Positions 13,184 through 26,224 of a DNA stretch of 64,000 nucleotides are shown here, piece by piece; positions within the stretch are counted from its first letter, which is position 1; each line of letters opens with the position of its first letter. The stretch covers positions 19,282,001-19,346,000 of the forward strand of contig JBHGNT010000002.1 in the NCBI GenBank assembly GCA_043228905.1. The letters run 5' to 3'. The position numbers were made by a program, and so were the translations under genes. This DNA is from Azolla caroliniana (lineage: Eukaryota > Plantae > Polypodiophyta). Below the pieces are notes generated by a model. It saw nothing but the letters and a program-made list of their open reading frames with translations, was not told the DNA's origin and searched no databases.

Positions 13184-15539
13184 TGTCACAGACACACCAA
13201 CCGCGAACTACGACGGGGCATGGATGACGAGGCTACGATCCATAAGGCTATCAACGTGGAATTGAAAGCGACGAGGCTAGGAACTCTAGAAACTGTGAGT
13301 GATGAGACTATGAACTTAGGAAGCCATGGAGAGCATGAAGACATCGATAAAGAAGGAGACAAATGGAATGAAATGAGAGTACTAGATTGATGTGTCAATG
13401 ATTGGTATTGAATCCCTTGAAAGGGACCAAGAAGGTTACAAGTATTTATACAAGTTTTGAGATTGAGTATCTTTAGAATATATACCTAGGAAATATCTCT
13501 ACAATATACTTGTGTAGAATACACTGTAGAATATTTCTAAAATGTAACATTAAAGTCTCTAGATTATTCTGGAATGTATATATACTAGAATATACAACAC
13601 TCTCTTATATACAAATATATGTTCATATCCAGATGGTTTAGCATGACGTCTTGTAGATGTGAGGTTGCAGCTTCAATCCGCACTAACTATGTATTTGATG
13701 TCATTGTGTCATGACATTATCCTCCTCTTTACGGTCGCCTTTTTGAAAGCGTGGTGTAGGGGTGGATGGGAATTGGAGCAATGATGGGAGTGAGGAACCA
13801 TATGTTGTCCTCACCGAAGACTAGAACACCAACGGACGTGAGCGACCATGTGTGGTGCTCACCGGAGATGGGAACACTTGACGGGCATGAGTGACCATGT
13901 ACGGTTCTCACCGGAGATTAGAACCCCGACGGGTGTGAGCTACCATATGTGGCCCTCACTGAAGACTCGAACACCGACATACATGAGTGACCATGTGCGG
14001 TGCTCATCGGGAACATGAACGAGCATGAGCGAACATGTGGCCCTCATCGGGAACTAGAACACGAACAGGAGTGAGAGACCATGCGGCCCTCACTGGGAAC
14101 TCAAACACGAACAGGTGAGCGACCATGTGTGGCCCTTACCAGGAACTAGAACACGAACGGGAGTGACCAACCATGCGGCCCTCACCAGGAACTTGAACAC
14201 GAACGGGCATGAGCAACCATGTGCGTCCCTCACTGGGAACTCAAGCACGAATAGGAGTGAGTGACCATGCAACCCTTGGAACATGAACACAAACGGGAGT
14301 GAGCGGCCATGCGGCCCTCACCGGGAACTCGAACACGAACGGGTATGAGTGACCATGTTTGGCCCTCATCGGGAATTTGAATGTGAGTGACCATGTGGTC
14401 CTCATTGAGAACTAGAACACAAACCAGAGTGAGCAACCATGCGGTCCTCACCGAAACTAGAATGTGAGTGATCGAAATCGATCCTCGTCAAAAGAAAGTG
14501 GAGCGAAATGTAGACCACAATGAAAAATGGAGTGCACGCGAGTAACGATTCCATCCCCACCAGAAAAGTGAGTGGTTGTAACCCCCACTGGAACTGAGAA
14601 GGTGAGCGACCAAAAGCGATCCTCACCAAAGGAAAGTGGAGTGAAACTTGAACTAAAATGGAGTGCAAGCAAGCATTGATTCGATCCCCACCAAGAAAGT
14701 GGGTGGTTGTAACCCCAACCAGAACTGTGAAGGTGAGTGACCAAAAGTGATCCTCACCAAAGGAAAGTGGCGTGAGACTTGAACTAAAATGAAAATGGAG
14801 TGCAAGCAAGCAGTGATTCGATTCCCACTAGGAAAGTGAGCAGTTGTAACCCCCACTAGAACTAGGAAGGTGAGCGATCGAAAGAAATCCTCGCCAAAAT
14901 CATGATGCAAAATGATACCTATAGATGATAACAATTACAATGAAGAGGGCGGGACAATGATGATAATGAAAGACCATACAAAGTAGTGTTGATGACGATG
15001 AAGGTTGGGCGAATAGATGTTAAAAATGGTGATGTCAAAGGCAAGGATGTTGATGACGGTAACTCTAGAAGTGAGGATGGTGATGATGGTAACTCTCAAA
15101 GCAAGGGTGATGACGAAGATGGGTGATGCTTCCCATTGGAGGGGATTCAAACTGTCACAGACACACCAACCGCAGACTACGATGGAGCAAAGATGATGAG
15201 GCTACAATCCATAAGGCTATCTACGTGGAACTGAAAGTGACAAGGCTAGGAACTCTAGAAGTTGTGAGTGATGAGACTGTGAACTTAGGAAGCTATGGAG
15301 AGCATGAAGACATAGATGAGGAAGGAGACAAATGGAATGAAACAAGAGTACTAGATGGATGTGTCAATGACTGGTGTTGAATCCCTCGAAAGGAACCAAG
15401 GAGGTTACAAGTATTTATACAAGTTCTAAGATTGAGTATCTCTAGAATATACCTGTCTAGAATACACCATAGAATATTTCTTGAATACACTAAAGTCTCT
15501 AGAATATTCTGGAATGTATATATGCTAGAATATACAATA
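13184..15539. mobile_element. Non-autonomous LTR-like element with tandem-repeat interior
   Basis: Direct repeats 13184-13599 (TGTCACAGAC...TATACAACA) and 15153-15539; purine tract GGAGGGGA before the second repeat; no retroviral ORF; no TSD or canonical PBS seen. Confidence 0.7.
13770..14900. repeat. Minisatellite (about 42-bp units) followed by about 120-130-bp units
   Basis: Unit like GAGTGACCATGCGGCCCTCACCGGGAACTAGAACACGAACGG over 13770-14470; longer AAAATGGAGTGCAAGC...GTTGTAACCCC units over 14480-14900. Confidence 0.8.
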
Positions 15540-17390
15540 AACACCGGGACATTTGAAACAGGTAATCTGTCTCATTTTGAGAATTGTCCATCAAAAAATG
15601 ACACAAATTAGGGTGATTCACAAAAAAGGGTTCCGCATGCGTAAAGGATTTTAAAAAATGACCCAAAAATATATTGATTTCTAGCATGTACGAAAATTTA
15701 GGTGTTCCAAAAAAAGCCTAAATAATGGACAGGCCAAACTTACAAATGAATGTCCAAAATTACTAACACCAATATTTATAGAAATTTATGAATCCAAATC
15801 CTGATGTACAATACAGTATTTACAGTTAACGTATCAGGACAATCGTTTTCCAAGTTTATGCCATCATCTTCATACCCATTAGATGAACTAGTAAGAGTTT
15901 ATGAGGTCTCATCCGCATCATCAATGGCAACTAATGCATTGTCTTCATCCAATTGCAATCCAACCTCATCGAGGTTATGATTCATGCTTCTTGTTTGTCT
16001 TTGTGTTGTGTCTGAAGCCACATTCGAGATCCTCTTTTAGTATCTTCATTGTGGCATGTCGCAGATAACTTGTTTTGGTCAAAGATAAGTCATACACTAG
16101 TATATAAACATTATCCAATGTAAGAGTAGATGTGCTTGATGCATTCTTTTTTCTTCCCTTTTTGGTTATGATATTTAATTATGTACTTTCTGTTTACGGT
16201 ATTTGATTATGTGAGAGAAACCTTCTACCAAAATCATTCGAATCTAAAAAATGTCATAAAGATGTTTTCTCATTTTTCGTAGATTCTCATAGTAAGCCTT
16301 TGATGTCAAACAGAAATCTGATTCATTCCATCTAGATCTGATGCACAATGTCGAATTTTACTCTATACATCTAGAATTGGATGTAGTGCATTAGATTCTT
16401 GTTGTAAGTCTTTGATTTTTTTTTAAATTTTCCACTAAAAAAATACTCTTGCATTTTCAACTGAGACATAATGCATTGCATCGAATTCTAGCTATATAGA
16501 CTAAAATATGATATACTGCATTGGATTTTAGTTGAAAATCCACTTTCAAAATATCTTTAAAAAATGAAAAAAAAATTAAAATGGATTTTCAATAGAAATC
16601 CGATGCACTGCATCCGATTTCAATTGAAAGTCCTTTTTATTTTATTTGTTTCCGAATTTTCTTATTTTTTGTAATTTTTTTAAATGTTTTTTTATTTTTT
16701 CAATTAATAAATAAATAAAAATTGAAAAAATGTATTTTCAATGGGAATTCGATGTAGTCCATTGGATTTTAGTTGAAATTCCACTTTTTTATTTTTTTCC
16801 AAATTTTCTTATTTTTTAAATTTGTTTTGAATTTTTTGTAATTATTTTAGTTTAGTTTTTATTTTTCCCATAAATAAATAAATAAATATTGAAAAAATGA
16901 ATTTTCAATGGAAATCCCATGCACTGCATCGGATTTTGGTTGAAAGTCCACTTTTTTTATTTGTTTCTGAATATTATTTTTTTTCCCATAAATAAATAAA
17001 TAAAAATACAAAAAATGGATTTTCAATGGAAATCCGGTGCACTTCATCAGATTTCAGTTGAAAGTCCACTTTTTCCTATTTGTTTCCAAATTTTCTTATT
17101 TTTTTATTTCTTTTTTTAATTTTTTTAACTTTTCCCATAAATAAATAAATAAAAATTGAAAAAATGTATTTTCAACGGAAATCCAATGCACTGCATCTGA
17201 TTTCGGTTGAAAGTCCACTTTTTCTTTTTCTTTTCCGAATTTTCTTATTTTTTGATTTTTTGTTTGTATTTTGTTTTCCCATAAATAAATAAATAAAAAT
17301 TGAAATTTTGGATTTTCAACAGAAATCCAATGCACTACATCAAATTTTAGTTGAAAGGCCACTTTTTCTTATTTGTTTCCAAATTTTAGT
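15540..17390 (-). mobile_element. Internally deleted, one-ended relative of the Sola-like transposon
   Basis: Left TIR AACACCGGGACATTTGAAACAGGTAATCTGTCTCATT at 15540; subterminal match to 22657-22930; transposase C-terminal remnant about 15850-16150; decayed ATCCGATGCANTGCATCGGAT palindromes 16320-17350; no right TIR found. Confidence 0.85.
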
Positions 17391-17399
17391 TGATAGAAA

Positions 17400-19350
17400 T
17401 AAAACTCGACTCATATAGACAAGCTTTTTTTTAGGAGAAAAAATAAATGCAAGCCATAGAAAACCTATAAATAAGAGCTATTCTTAATAAGAAAGGGGAG
17501 AGATGGATGGGAGTTCGAAGAAGAAAAGATTTATGTTTCCTCTCTCATACTCTTATACCCCAAAAGGGGAGATAAAATAAAAATCATGTAACAAAATAAG
17601 TCCATTGGATTGATGATCTAGTAATAAAAAACCTTCCATGTTTCCTCTCTCATACTCTCTTACTTTCAATTTGTTTACATATAAGTATAATTAAGTGTTG
17701 TTTATACTCTCTTACCCTAAGAATTCTTAGTCATAAGCATAATTAAGTATTATTCGATCTCTTATAATCTCTTACTCAAAGATTTTTTTGTGCATAACTA
17801 TAATTAAGTATTAATAAATCTCTCATACTATTTTACTCTTATTCGAGGGATATATCTCATCTTAAACTTAAAGCGCATAAATCATTTAGACATAAATCCT
17901 TCCATTCTAAATCCCCGGTGGTTCCATTTCACGATCCGCACTTACTAGCAGATTTTCACGACACTGAAGACTTCGAGAAGCTACATAGGGACCATAAGTA
18001 ACTCGAAGTGGAGCATAAGAAGCTAGGGTCGGATTATGACTGACAACAAGAAAAGCTTAAGGAGGTTCGGACGGAGTTGTAGGAAAAAACGGAGGCGCTG
18101 ACAAATCAAGGGAAGATGATGGCTGAGATGAGGACGAAGGTAATGGAGGAAGCGGTGAAGGAAAGAATGGAACTCCAATCGCAGCTCTACGAGAAAGTGC
18201 AATGGGAAAAGATGGTTTTGGACAGGTTGCAAACAATCTACCAGACCCAATTTATGGAGTATGAAGTACAGGCGTAGGCGACCGCCGAACTCATCAAGTA
18301 GCTCAAGAACAAGAAGCTCGGCATCAAAAGAATCCGGATGATTATCAAAGCATGGAGGGACCAAATGAAGAAAAAGATTGAAGAGTGTTCATCGTCGGTA
18401 TGAAATGATTGGTCCTGAAAACTAGTGGAACTCCAGATACTCCGGGCCGATGCGGAAGACCGGAAAAAGGACGGCGACAATTTCTACAAGATGGATGAGG
18501 AAAGCACTGTCACCATCCAGGAGGAATTGGCGGATGATTTTTTTGCCTTGGCCGAAAATCACTTAGACATTGTCTCAAAGCTCATCGAAAGGCTCGAAGA
18601 CAATCAACTCGACACGCAATTGCAATTTGAGAGATACGAGCGGGAGCAAATATGGAAAAGCAAGTGGAGGCAATAAACATCAGTGATGAAGAGCTAGCAG
18701 CGGAGCCATGACCACAACCACAGCCTGAAGAGCAATCAGATAAGCAATCGGAAGCAGCTAGAACGGAGCAGACAGTGAGAGCCGAAAATGAAAAGGAAGC
18801 TAGAATGGATCAGCTAGAGGGAGTCGGAGCAGGGCAAGAATAGCAGCAATCGGAGGAGCGACAATAGCAGCAACAGAACGAAGAAGCACTCGAACCCTTG
18901 GATCAAAGTATTTTGGACATACTTGATGAAGAGTGAAGGAGCTAACCCGTGTGTTCAATGTGCAATGCATTGTCCCACGGGCGTGCCATGTATTGGAGTA
19001 TGATCCGAAGGATAAATGTGGAAAGCGAAGAGTCAGATATTATAATTAGATTAATTAGAAATATTATTGGATCCGGACCGATTGATAGCCAGTAACCGGT
19101 AAGGCACCGTTTTGTATTTGCAATCGGAGGCTTATAAAAGGATCCGGGAATCGATGTAATTAACAACGGAAGTAATACAAATTTGAGCGTTCTACTTTAA
19201 TTCTATTGTATCTCTTGCTTACTTTCCGTTCAGAATTTGCGCTTTCATTCATAATCTTATGCATGTTTTCATTAATCGGTTGTGTATTAATAATCCGGAG
19301 AGTATCCAGAAAATACTCGTATTAGAATCGGATCTGTGTCGGATAACATC
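17400..19350 (+). mobile_element. Probable retrotransposon remnant (decayed Glu/Gln-rich coiled-coil ORF followed by LTR-like sequence)
   Basis: Stop-interrupted charged ORF about 18000-18940; TATAAAAG near 19134; ends ...GATAACA. No diagnostic domain recognised. Confidence 0.3.
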
Positions 19351-19913
19351 ATTCCCTCAACCACCCTTTGGTGAAGTCTCCGGTGTTTGTGGCTATGTCG
19401 AGCCCAGAGTAAACAACGAGAAGGTCGACTCGTCAGACCAACTAGAGAGTTGACACTGGAGTTGGCTAGTTGAATCGACTAGTCGATCAGTTGGTTGATT
19501 GTCGATTGTTAGTGTTATTAGTAGATAATAATAATACTAGAAATATTTCTAAATAGCCCATACAGTGTATAAGTATAAATACACTTAAGGAAAACATATG
19601 AGTTAGAGTAGAACAAAACATAAAAGTTGTAGAATAGAAGGTTGTTGTGTAGCCTCTCTCTGTAGTATAGAGAGTAGTGTGGGCGAGAGAGCGGCGGCAA
19701 AGTTTAGTGAACTTGCTAAGAACCCTAAATGGGTTATTCTCTAAGATCATCAAAGCATATTTGTAACCGTTTTTTGTATTCTCTTTGTGATTTTCCCAGT
19801 TTAGGGTTTCCACGTAAAACCGTGTGCATCATTGTGTACTTTGTTGTTTTACATTTCGTATGTACATTTAAGCGTATCTTATTGTGGATCAACATATTCG
19901 ATTCCCAATAAAC

Positions 19914-19925
19914 TGGTATCAGAGC
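19914..19925 (+). promoter_or_regulatory. Primer-binding site complementary to tRNA-iMet
   Basis: TGGTATCAGAGC directly after the LTR end and before gag. Confidence 0.92.
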
Positions 19926-21462
19926 AAGGTGAAAGATGGAAGGAAGTGTGAGTAGCTTCCCAGGCATGATAGTTCTAAACTCTCAGAACTATGCAAACTA
20001 GAAGATAAAGATGAAAGACCTTCTCATAGTCGAGGACATGTACGAGCCCATCAATAGAGCAGAAATACCCACGGGGGTATTAGAGCCTGAATGGAAACTT
20101 CTAAACAGGAAGGTGATGGCTACCAGCAGATAGTGTGTCGATGTAATTGTCCTTCAGCATGTGCCGAACGACACAAATGCCTACGAGATGTGGCAAAAGT
20201 TATCAGGTCTATATGAGAGGAAGAATGCCCTCAACAAAACATCTTGGATGAGAAAGATTGTGAGGCTGAAGTACAGGGACGGAGAAAGCATAGTCGAGCA
20301 CATAAGCACATTCATGGGGTATGTAAACCAACTTGTTGCAACCAAGTTTCCCCTTGAAGATGTAATGCAGGCCATCTTGCTACTCTGTACATTGCCAGTC
20401 ACCTGGGAGAATCTGGTGGTGACTCCGAACACCTTGTGTCAAGAAGAGAACTTGTCTCTTCAAGATGTAAAGACAAGCATCGTGAACGAGGAGACAAGAA
20501 GGAAGGACAAGGGTATCCTTTCCCAATCAGAGTCAAATCTGACTCAACATACCAGCAGAGGAAGGAATTGAGAAAGGAGTCCACTAAGGTGGGACATGTC
20601 CCAAGCCAGATCGAAGTCCAGAGGTAAACTAACATGCTTCTATTGTGGAATGCCTGGACACTTTCAGAAGGACTGTCGACAAGTGAGGAAGAGCAAAGGT
20701 ATGGATAATAATGTCGAACCCAGGAAGATTCCTGATAAAAAGGGCACATCGGCCATAGTTACAAGTGTAGAGGAGATCAAGTTCATTTGTGAGCAGGCCA
20801 GCACAAATCTTGCAAGTGAAGAGTGTACCTGGGTAATCGACTCGGGTGCACCTTTCCACATAACTCTGTCGAGAGAGTGTTTCTCGACTTACATAGTCGG
20901 TGATCATGGCTATGTAAAGATGGGAGATAATGGGGAACGCATGATAGACGGCATAGGAAGTGTATGCCTGTCACCATCGGCAGGCTGTCAACTAGTTCTG
21001 AGGGAAGTTCGACATGTCCTTGATATCAGATCGAATCTGATATCGACTGGAAGGTCGGATGATGAAGGCTACAATGGTAGCTTTCGTAACAACAAATGGA
21101 AGTTTTGTTGAGGAAACCTCATTGTGGCCCTAACACAGAAAGAGGGCACACTGTATATGATGTATGCCTAACTGTGCAAGTTGGAAGTAAATGTCATAGC
21201 CGATTCGAGTGGAGTGTTACGGCATAAGAGGCTTGGCCACATGAGTGAAAAGGGAATGCACATCTTGGCCGACCAAGAACTTCTCCCGGAAGTGAAAGGA
21301 GTACACTTGGAGAAGTGTGTCGACTGCTTAGTCGGAAAGCAAAACAGAGCAGCATTCCACTCAAGACCACCAAGGAGAAGAGAAGTGCCACTGGAACTAG
21401 TACACAACGACGTGTGCTATGTGGATGCTCCATCACATCGAGGTGGACAGTACTTTGTGACT

Positions 21463-21482
21463 TAAACCCTAAACCCTAAACC
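21463..21482. repeat. Interstitial plant-type telomeric repeat (TAAACCC)x~3
   Basis: TAAACCCTAAACCCTAAACC at the integrase deletion junction. Confidence 0.85.
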
Positions 21483-22039
21483 GGTCTCCCTCAGTGCCAT
21501 TGAAAGGTGATGTCCCCCAGAGGGTGTGGACAGGAAAGGATGTCTCCTACCAACACCTAAGGGTGTTCAGATGTCTGGTGTATATGCTAAGGATCACAAC
21601 GAAGCTTGACAGCAAGTCGAAAAAATGCATATTAATGGGATACTCAGAGGACGAGTTCAGTTATAGGTTGTGGGACTGGATGTAGTCTTCTTGCAAGACA
21701 AGACGATTGAGGGCTGGAAGCAATAGAAGTCGAAATCGACTTCCCAATCAACTACCACTATTATTGAATTAAGGCCAAGCAAACCGACACAGTCGGCTGT
21801 TCGGAGACACCAAGTCGGCACAACCGAATCTGACTCAATCGACTTGGAACAACCGACCAACCCAAATGAGTCGGAGTTGGCAGACCTATGGAAGTCGATC
21901 GACGAATACGAGTCGGAGTCGATGTCATGATGTTTTCGTGCCACGATGAGAAAATCAACTCTACCAAATTATACAAACTTATTCCAATCTTTGTAAATGG
22001 TTGTTTAGCTAAGCATAGCTAATAACTTAATAATAACAC

Positions 22040-22332
22040 TCGCCATAGGATGATAATAGCTAGTTGAATCTACAAAAAAAATCTAATATCAAGTAAAATA
22101 TTTTAAAACTAAATACTTGTTATCAACACATTTTGGTATTATTACTATCAGGTATTTTAGTTATTAAAGCTATTAAAGTTATTACCCACTTTAAAAACCA
22201 AATACCTATTAAACACACATTTATTATCGCCATAGGATGATAATAGCTAGTTGAATCTACGAAAAAAATCAAATATCAAGTAAAATATTTTTAAACTAAA
22301 TATTGTTATCAACACATTTTGCTATTATTACT
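22040..22332. repeat. Local direct duplication of about 105 bp
   Basis: TCGCCATAGGATGATAATAGCTAGTTGAATCTAC... at about 22040 and 22227. Confidence 0.8.
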
Positions 22333-22656
22333 CCCAAGGGCTTCACTATCAAAACTTGTATGATAGCACGTGAGTTCATCAAAAGGGGTTTAAATTAACC
22401 ATTGAGATACAAAATGTATATATATAAGGGTATTAATAAATACATAAAATATATATTTACATAAGGGTACTATCAATTATGCTAGAGAAAAAAATTACAT
22501 AAGCCCATTAAATATTAGATATCTCAATGAGATAATAAAGAATATATTGTGCAAACAATAATTAAATTTGGAGTAGCATACATACATACATATATACATG
22601 CATATATACCTACATTTAAACACTACATCCATGAATATGTATATACATGCATACTA

Positions 22657-22693
22657 AACACCGGGACATTTGAAACAGGTAATATGTCGCATT
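22657..22693 (+). repeat. Left terminal inverted repeat
   Basis: AACACCGGGACATTTGAAACAGGTAATATGTCGCATT. Confidence 0.95.
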
Positions 22694-22936
22694 TTAAGAA
22701 CTATCCGTCAAAAAAAGACACAAAATAGGTCGATTGACAAAAAGGGGTGCCGCATGCGTAAAGGATTTTCAAAAATGACCCAAAAATATATTGATTTTAA
22801 GCATGTCCAAAATTGTAGGTCTTTCAAAAAATGCCTAAATAATAGACATGCCAAACTTACAAAAGAATGTACAAAATGACTACCACCTATATTTATACAT
22901 ATTCGTTAACTGACATTTTGATGTACAATTCAATAT

Positions 22937-25690
22937 CTACAGATCAGGTGCCAAACTACCGCTTTCCAAGTCTATGCCATCATTTTTAGACCCATCCGAT
23001 GAACTAGAAGAGCTTTGTGAGGTATCATCCTCATCATCACTGGCAACCAATGCATTGTCTTCATCCAATTGCAATCCAACATCACCATGGTTATGAGACA
23101 TGCTTCTTGTTTGTCTTTGTGTAGTGGTTGGAGCCGCATTTGGGATCTTCTCTTTTAATATCTTGATTGTGGTTTGTCTTAGATGGCCTGTTTTGGTCAA
23201 GGAGAAGTCATACACTAGTATGTCAACATTATCCAATGTAAGAACAGACGTGCTTGGTAGATTCTTTCTTCTTCGCTTTCTACTTGTGCCTTCAACATCC
23301 TTAACCATCTCTAAAGAGTACTTTCCAGAGAATGGATTTGGTGAAGAGGTGTGATACCAATGAACCACAATGGACTTAACTTGATTGCCTGATTCATCCT
23401 TCATTATATCCAAAATTTTAGCAATCCAAAATGGATGGCCCAACTCATCATCTCCAGCTAATGTTGCAACTAACATCCTAACTTGTAGTTCATGCAAATT
23501 GCCTTGCCATCTTGCCTCTGCAGTACGCGATATTCTTGGTCCCACATAAATATCTCTCTGTCATGGGCGAACTAGATTATTGAGTTCAACATTACCAATT
23601 AATTGATGGTTAGCAGGTGAAACTATTGACGGCATACCAATGTTCCATGTGAAAGCATTTTGGATTGGCCATACTCCGGCAATGTAGTTGTTTAAAATTG
23701 TATGTTGATGGTTAAAGAAGGTATCCCACCATTGAACATCTTGATCACCAGCATACTTCTTGGTGTGCTCAATATTTCTTTGTTTCTCTTCAAGGCATCG
23801 CATCCAATATATCTTTTTCTCATCAATTGAGTTGCTATGAACCATTTTTTTATGGTCATCATACGGCATTTGTTCTGCACCATGGATTTCTGTATTTGGA
23901 AAATAAAGTAAGAACCTACAACCCTCTTGTGGCTCCCATTGTGAACTAGATGAGTATTGTTTTGCATACAACATCATCGTGTTGTGGCTCATATCACTTC
24001 GTTTTATGAGGAAGACATGGTTAAAACTTATATTATTCAGAGGTGCAAGAACCCTACCTTGAGCCCCATCACCATCCATGCAGAAGCGTTTAAAATCATA
24101 CACTTCATTCAACTGATGTACTTCGGGCTTCGGGGTATAAGCTTCACTGATCAACATTGTTAGCATAGGAAGCGTGAAAGCATCACATCGTGCTAATTTC
24201 TTTGAGAACCTACTAAACATTTGATCTATATGATCATGGGTATGACCAACTAGTAAGAAGTTAACCTTAATCTTCTTAAATAAACCCTTCTCTACTAGCA
24301 TGCTTAAGTAACCGAAAACAGTCGAGTTTTTGTTTTCTCTAGCTGTATTGTCAAGTTGCACGTATAGAACAGGCGAGAGTATACCTGGCCAAGACTGCAA
24401 CACTCTTTGCATGACTGTAACTGTAAGATTAGGGTTGTTGTGGATATTAGGATAAGTTAAGAATACTTAAGGCCTTATTGTCTGACAATATGACAAGCAA
24501 CCTACTAAATGCATTTGTACAAGGCATTCATCTCCAATATCCTTTGGCAACCTTTGAAAGTGTGGCAAACAAGTCTTCTTCTGATCCATGCCATCAATAA
24601 TCATACACATATACCTTTCAGGTGATTGGAGAGCTTTTCGTCGGTGGTGCATAGCTTTAGAACGTTCCAATGCTTGACTCTCACGGTGTTCTTTCAATAG
24701 ATTCTTGTAATTCTTTATTTCATCATCTGATTTCCCACCCTTTGCCATACTCTTTAAACTTGCACATATTGAACAAACACCCATTCGAACTTTACGCGGT
24801 ATAACCACATTGTTAAATTGTAACCTCCATAATCGATTGAAATGTCGATACTGTATGTAAGGTACACCTTGTGACAACATGTCGTCTTTACATTCTTGAT
24901 ACACCTCACGACGAGTGAAATTATCAGACAAGTGCAATCTCCCAGTAGTGGGCATAATATCACATTGCTTTGAGAAATATATCTCCATCCAATTAATAGA
25001 ATGACGCCCTATAAGACCCTTACTACCAGAGGAACTCATATCAAAAGGTATAAACGATCCCTTCACCAATCTTAGTTGTATTCTCTGAAGCCTCATGTTC
25101 CCAATGCTATGAGCAATTTTGAAAGCAACTCTACAACACTTAGTCCTCAATGCAAGGTAATATTCAACGTGCGTTGAACTAGCCCCAGTGGCGTGATCTC
25201 TTACAAGCTGCATATGTGAAATAAGAAAAGTATCTTGTTCCTCACCATTAAGTGATAGATACTTCTCCCGCATTATTCGTAAGTTTGACTTTCCAAATTT
25301 ATTAAGACATAGATTCCCACAACATGTCTTGCTCGAATCACAAACAATTTGACGATCAGAACATAAAAAGTTATATCTCTTTACACTAACTTGTCGAGGA
25401 ACTCTTTTGAATGTGAGAGGCTTTGTTACGCAAGCTTCGCCAGATGTGGTTTCATCCTTGTCAATGCTTGCACAACTTTTGCTATCTTGTATACCACTTT
25501 GTCCTGGCCTCTTGAAAGGGTCAATTGAGAAAAGTGAGTTTGAGTTATTACCAACATCACAACTAACATTTTCACCTGGACCCTTTGAAACACTTGGGAC
25601 CTTGTACTCATCGACTGAGAAATATGAGTTACTCGATAAAACATAAGGGTCCACTGAAAACAAGGATGATCTACTCGAAGCAGAAGACAT
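22937..25690 (-). pseudogene. Sola1-like DDD transposase, about 917 codons, with two premature stops
   Basis: The three track ORFs are one frame broken by TAA (24467-24469) and TGA (23561-23563). Motifs: CCGNLCL..CRVAF, CSIC, IIDGMDQKKT, VQLDNTARENKN, FLLVGHTHDHIDQMFS; C-terminal PFWIAKI..VVHWY. Confidence 0.88.
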
Positions 25691-25939
25691 CTTGAAGCCT
25701 AACTTAAATTAACACCTTTCTCTTGTTTAAGTAGAAGTTTAGGAATTGAAGATCTAGTCTATGAACATAAACCATATGAAGACATCTTGGGATAAAAGAT
25801 AAGGTATATTGACATCATATTATTATTTAATTTTGTAAATTTTTTATAATAATTTATTGTGTAATATTGTATTTTTTTAAGAGAAAATCTTTTTTTTTAA
25901 ATAATTATTTTATTTTCCAAAAAAACAATTTAAGTTAAC

Positions 25940-25950
25940 TATATAAATAG
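25940..25950 (+). promoter_or_regulatory. Candidate TATA box of the methyltransferase gene, in the divergent intergenic region
   Basis: TATATAAATAG about 110 bp upstream of the inferred ATG at 26058. Confidence 0.45.
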
Positions 25951-26224
25951 AGATCTACCACTCATTATCTCTTACACGTTTCAAGAGCTCAGAGCACTCT
26001 TTAGAAAAAGTCATCGTTTTCTGTGTTCATCAACACATTGTCAACAACTAGTCTAACATGAAATCGAGCAAGACAGTTGGCAAGTAAGTCTTCTATTACC
26101 CAAATTTAAAGATTCCTAAAGATACCATAAAGATTCTTTTTTATTATCTATAAAATTGAGTGACTTTAATTATAATTAGTTTGGTGTATGTATAATTTCT
26201 TCGGTTTCTTGAGAGAATGTCCTC

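Larger units (their letters stand above)
19396..21930 (+). mobile_element. Truncated Ty1/Copia LTR retrotransposon (5' LTR, gag, protease, partial integrase)
   Basis: PBS at 19914; zinc knuckle CFYCGMPGHFQKDC; protease WVIDSGA; GAG-pre-integrase HKRLGH...CVDC; LRVFRC..KLDSKS. No RT or 3' LTR. The LTR start at 19396 is tentative. Confidence 0.92.

Noticed and set aside
13145-15380. Short ORFs in the LTR-like repeats and minisatellite
   Set aside because: No recognisable domains; they arise from repeats and stop-poor composition.
19375-19390. CTCCGGTGTT as the missing right TIR of the 15540 element
   Set aside because: Only about 8 bp match and it is not followed by the expected AATA TSD.
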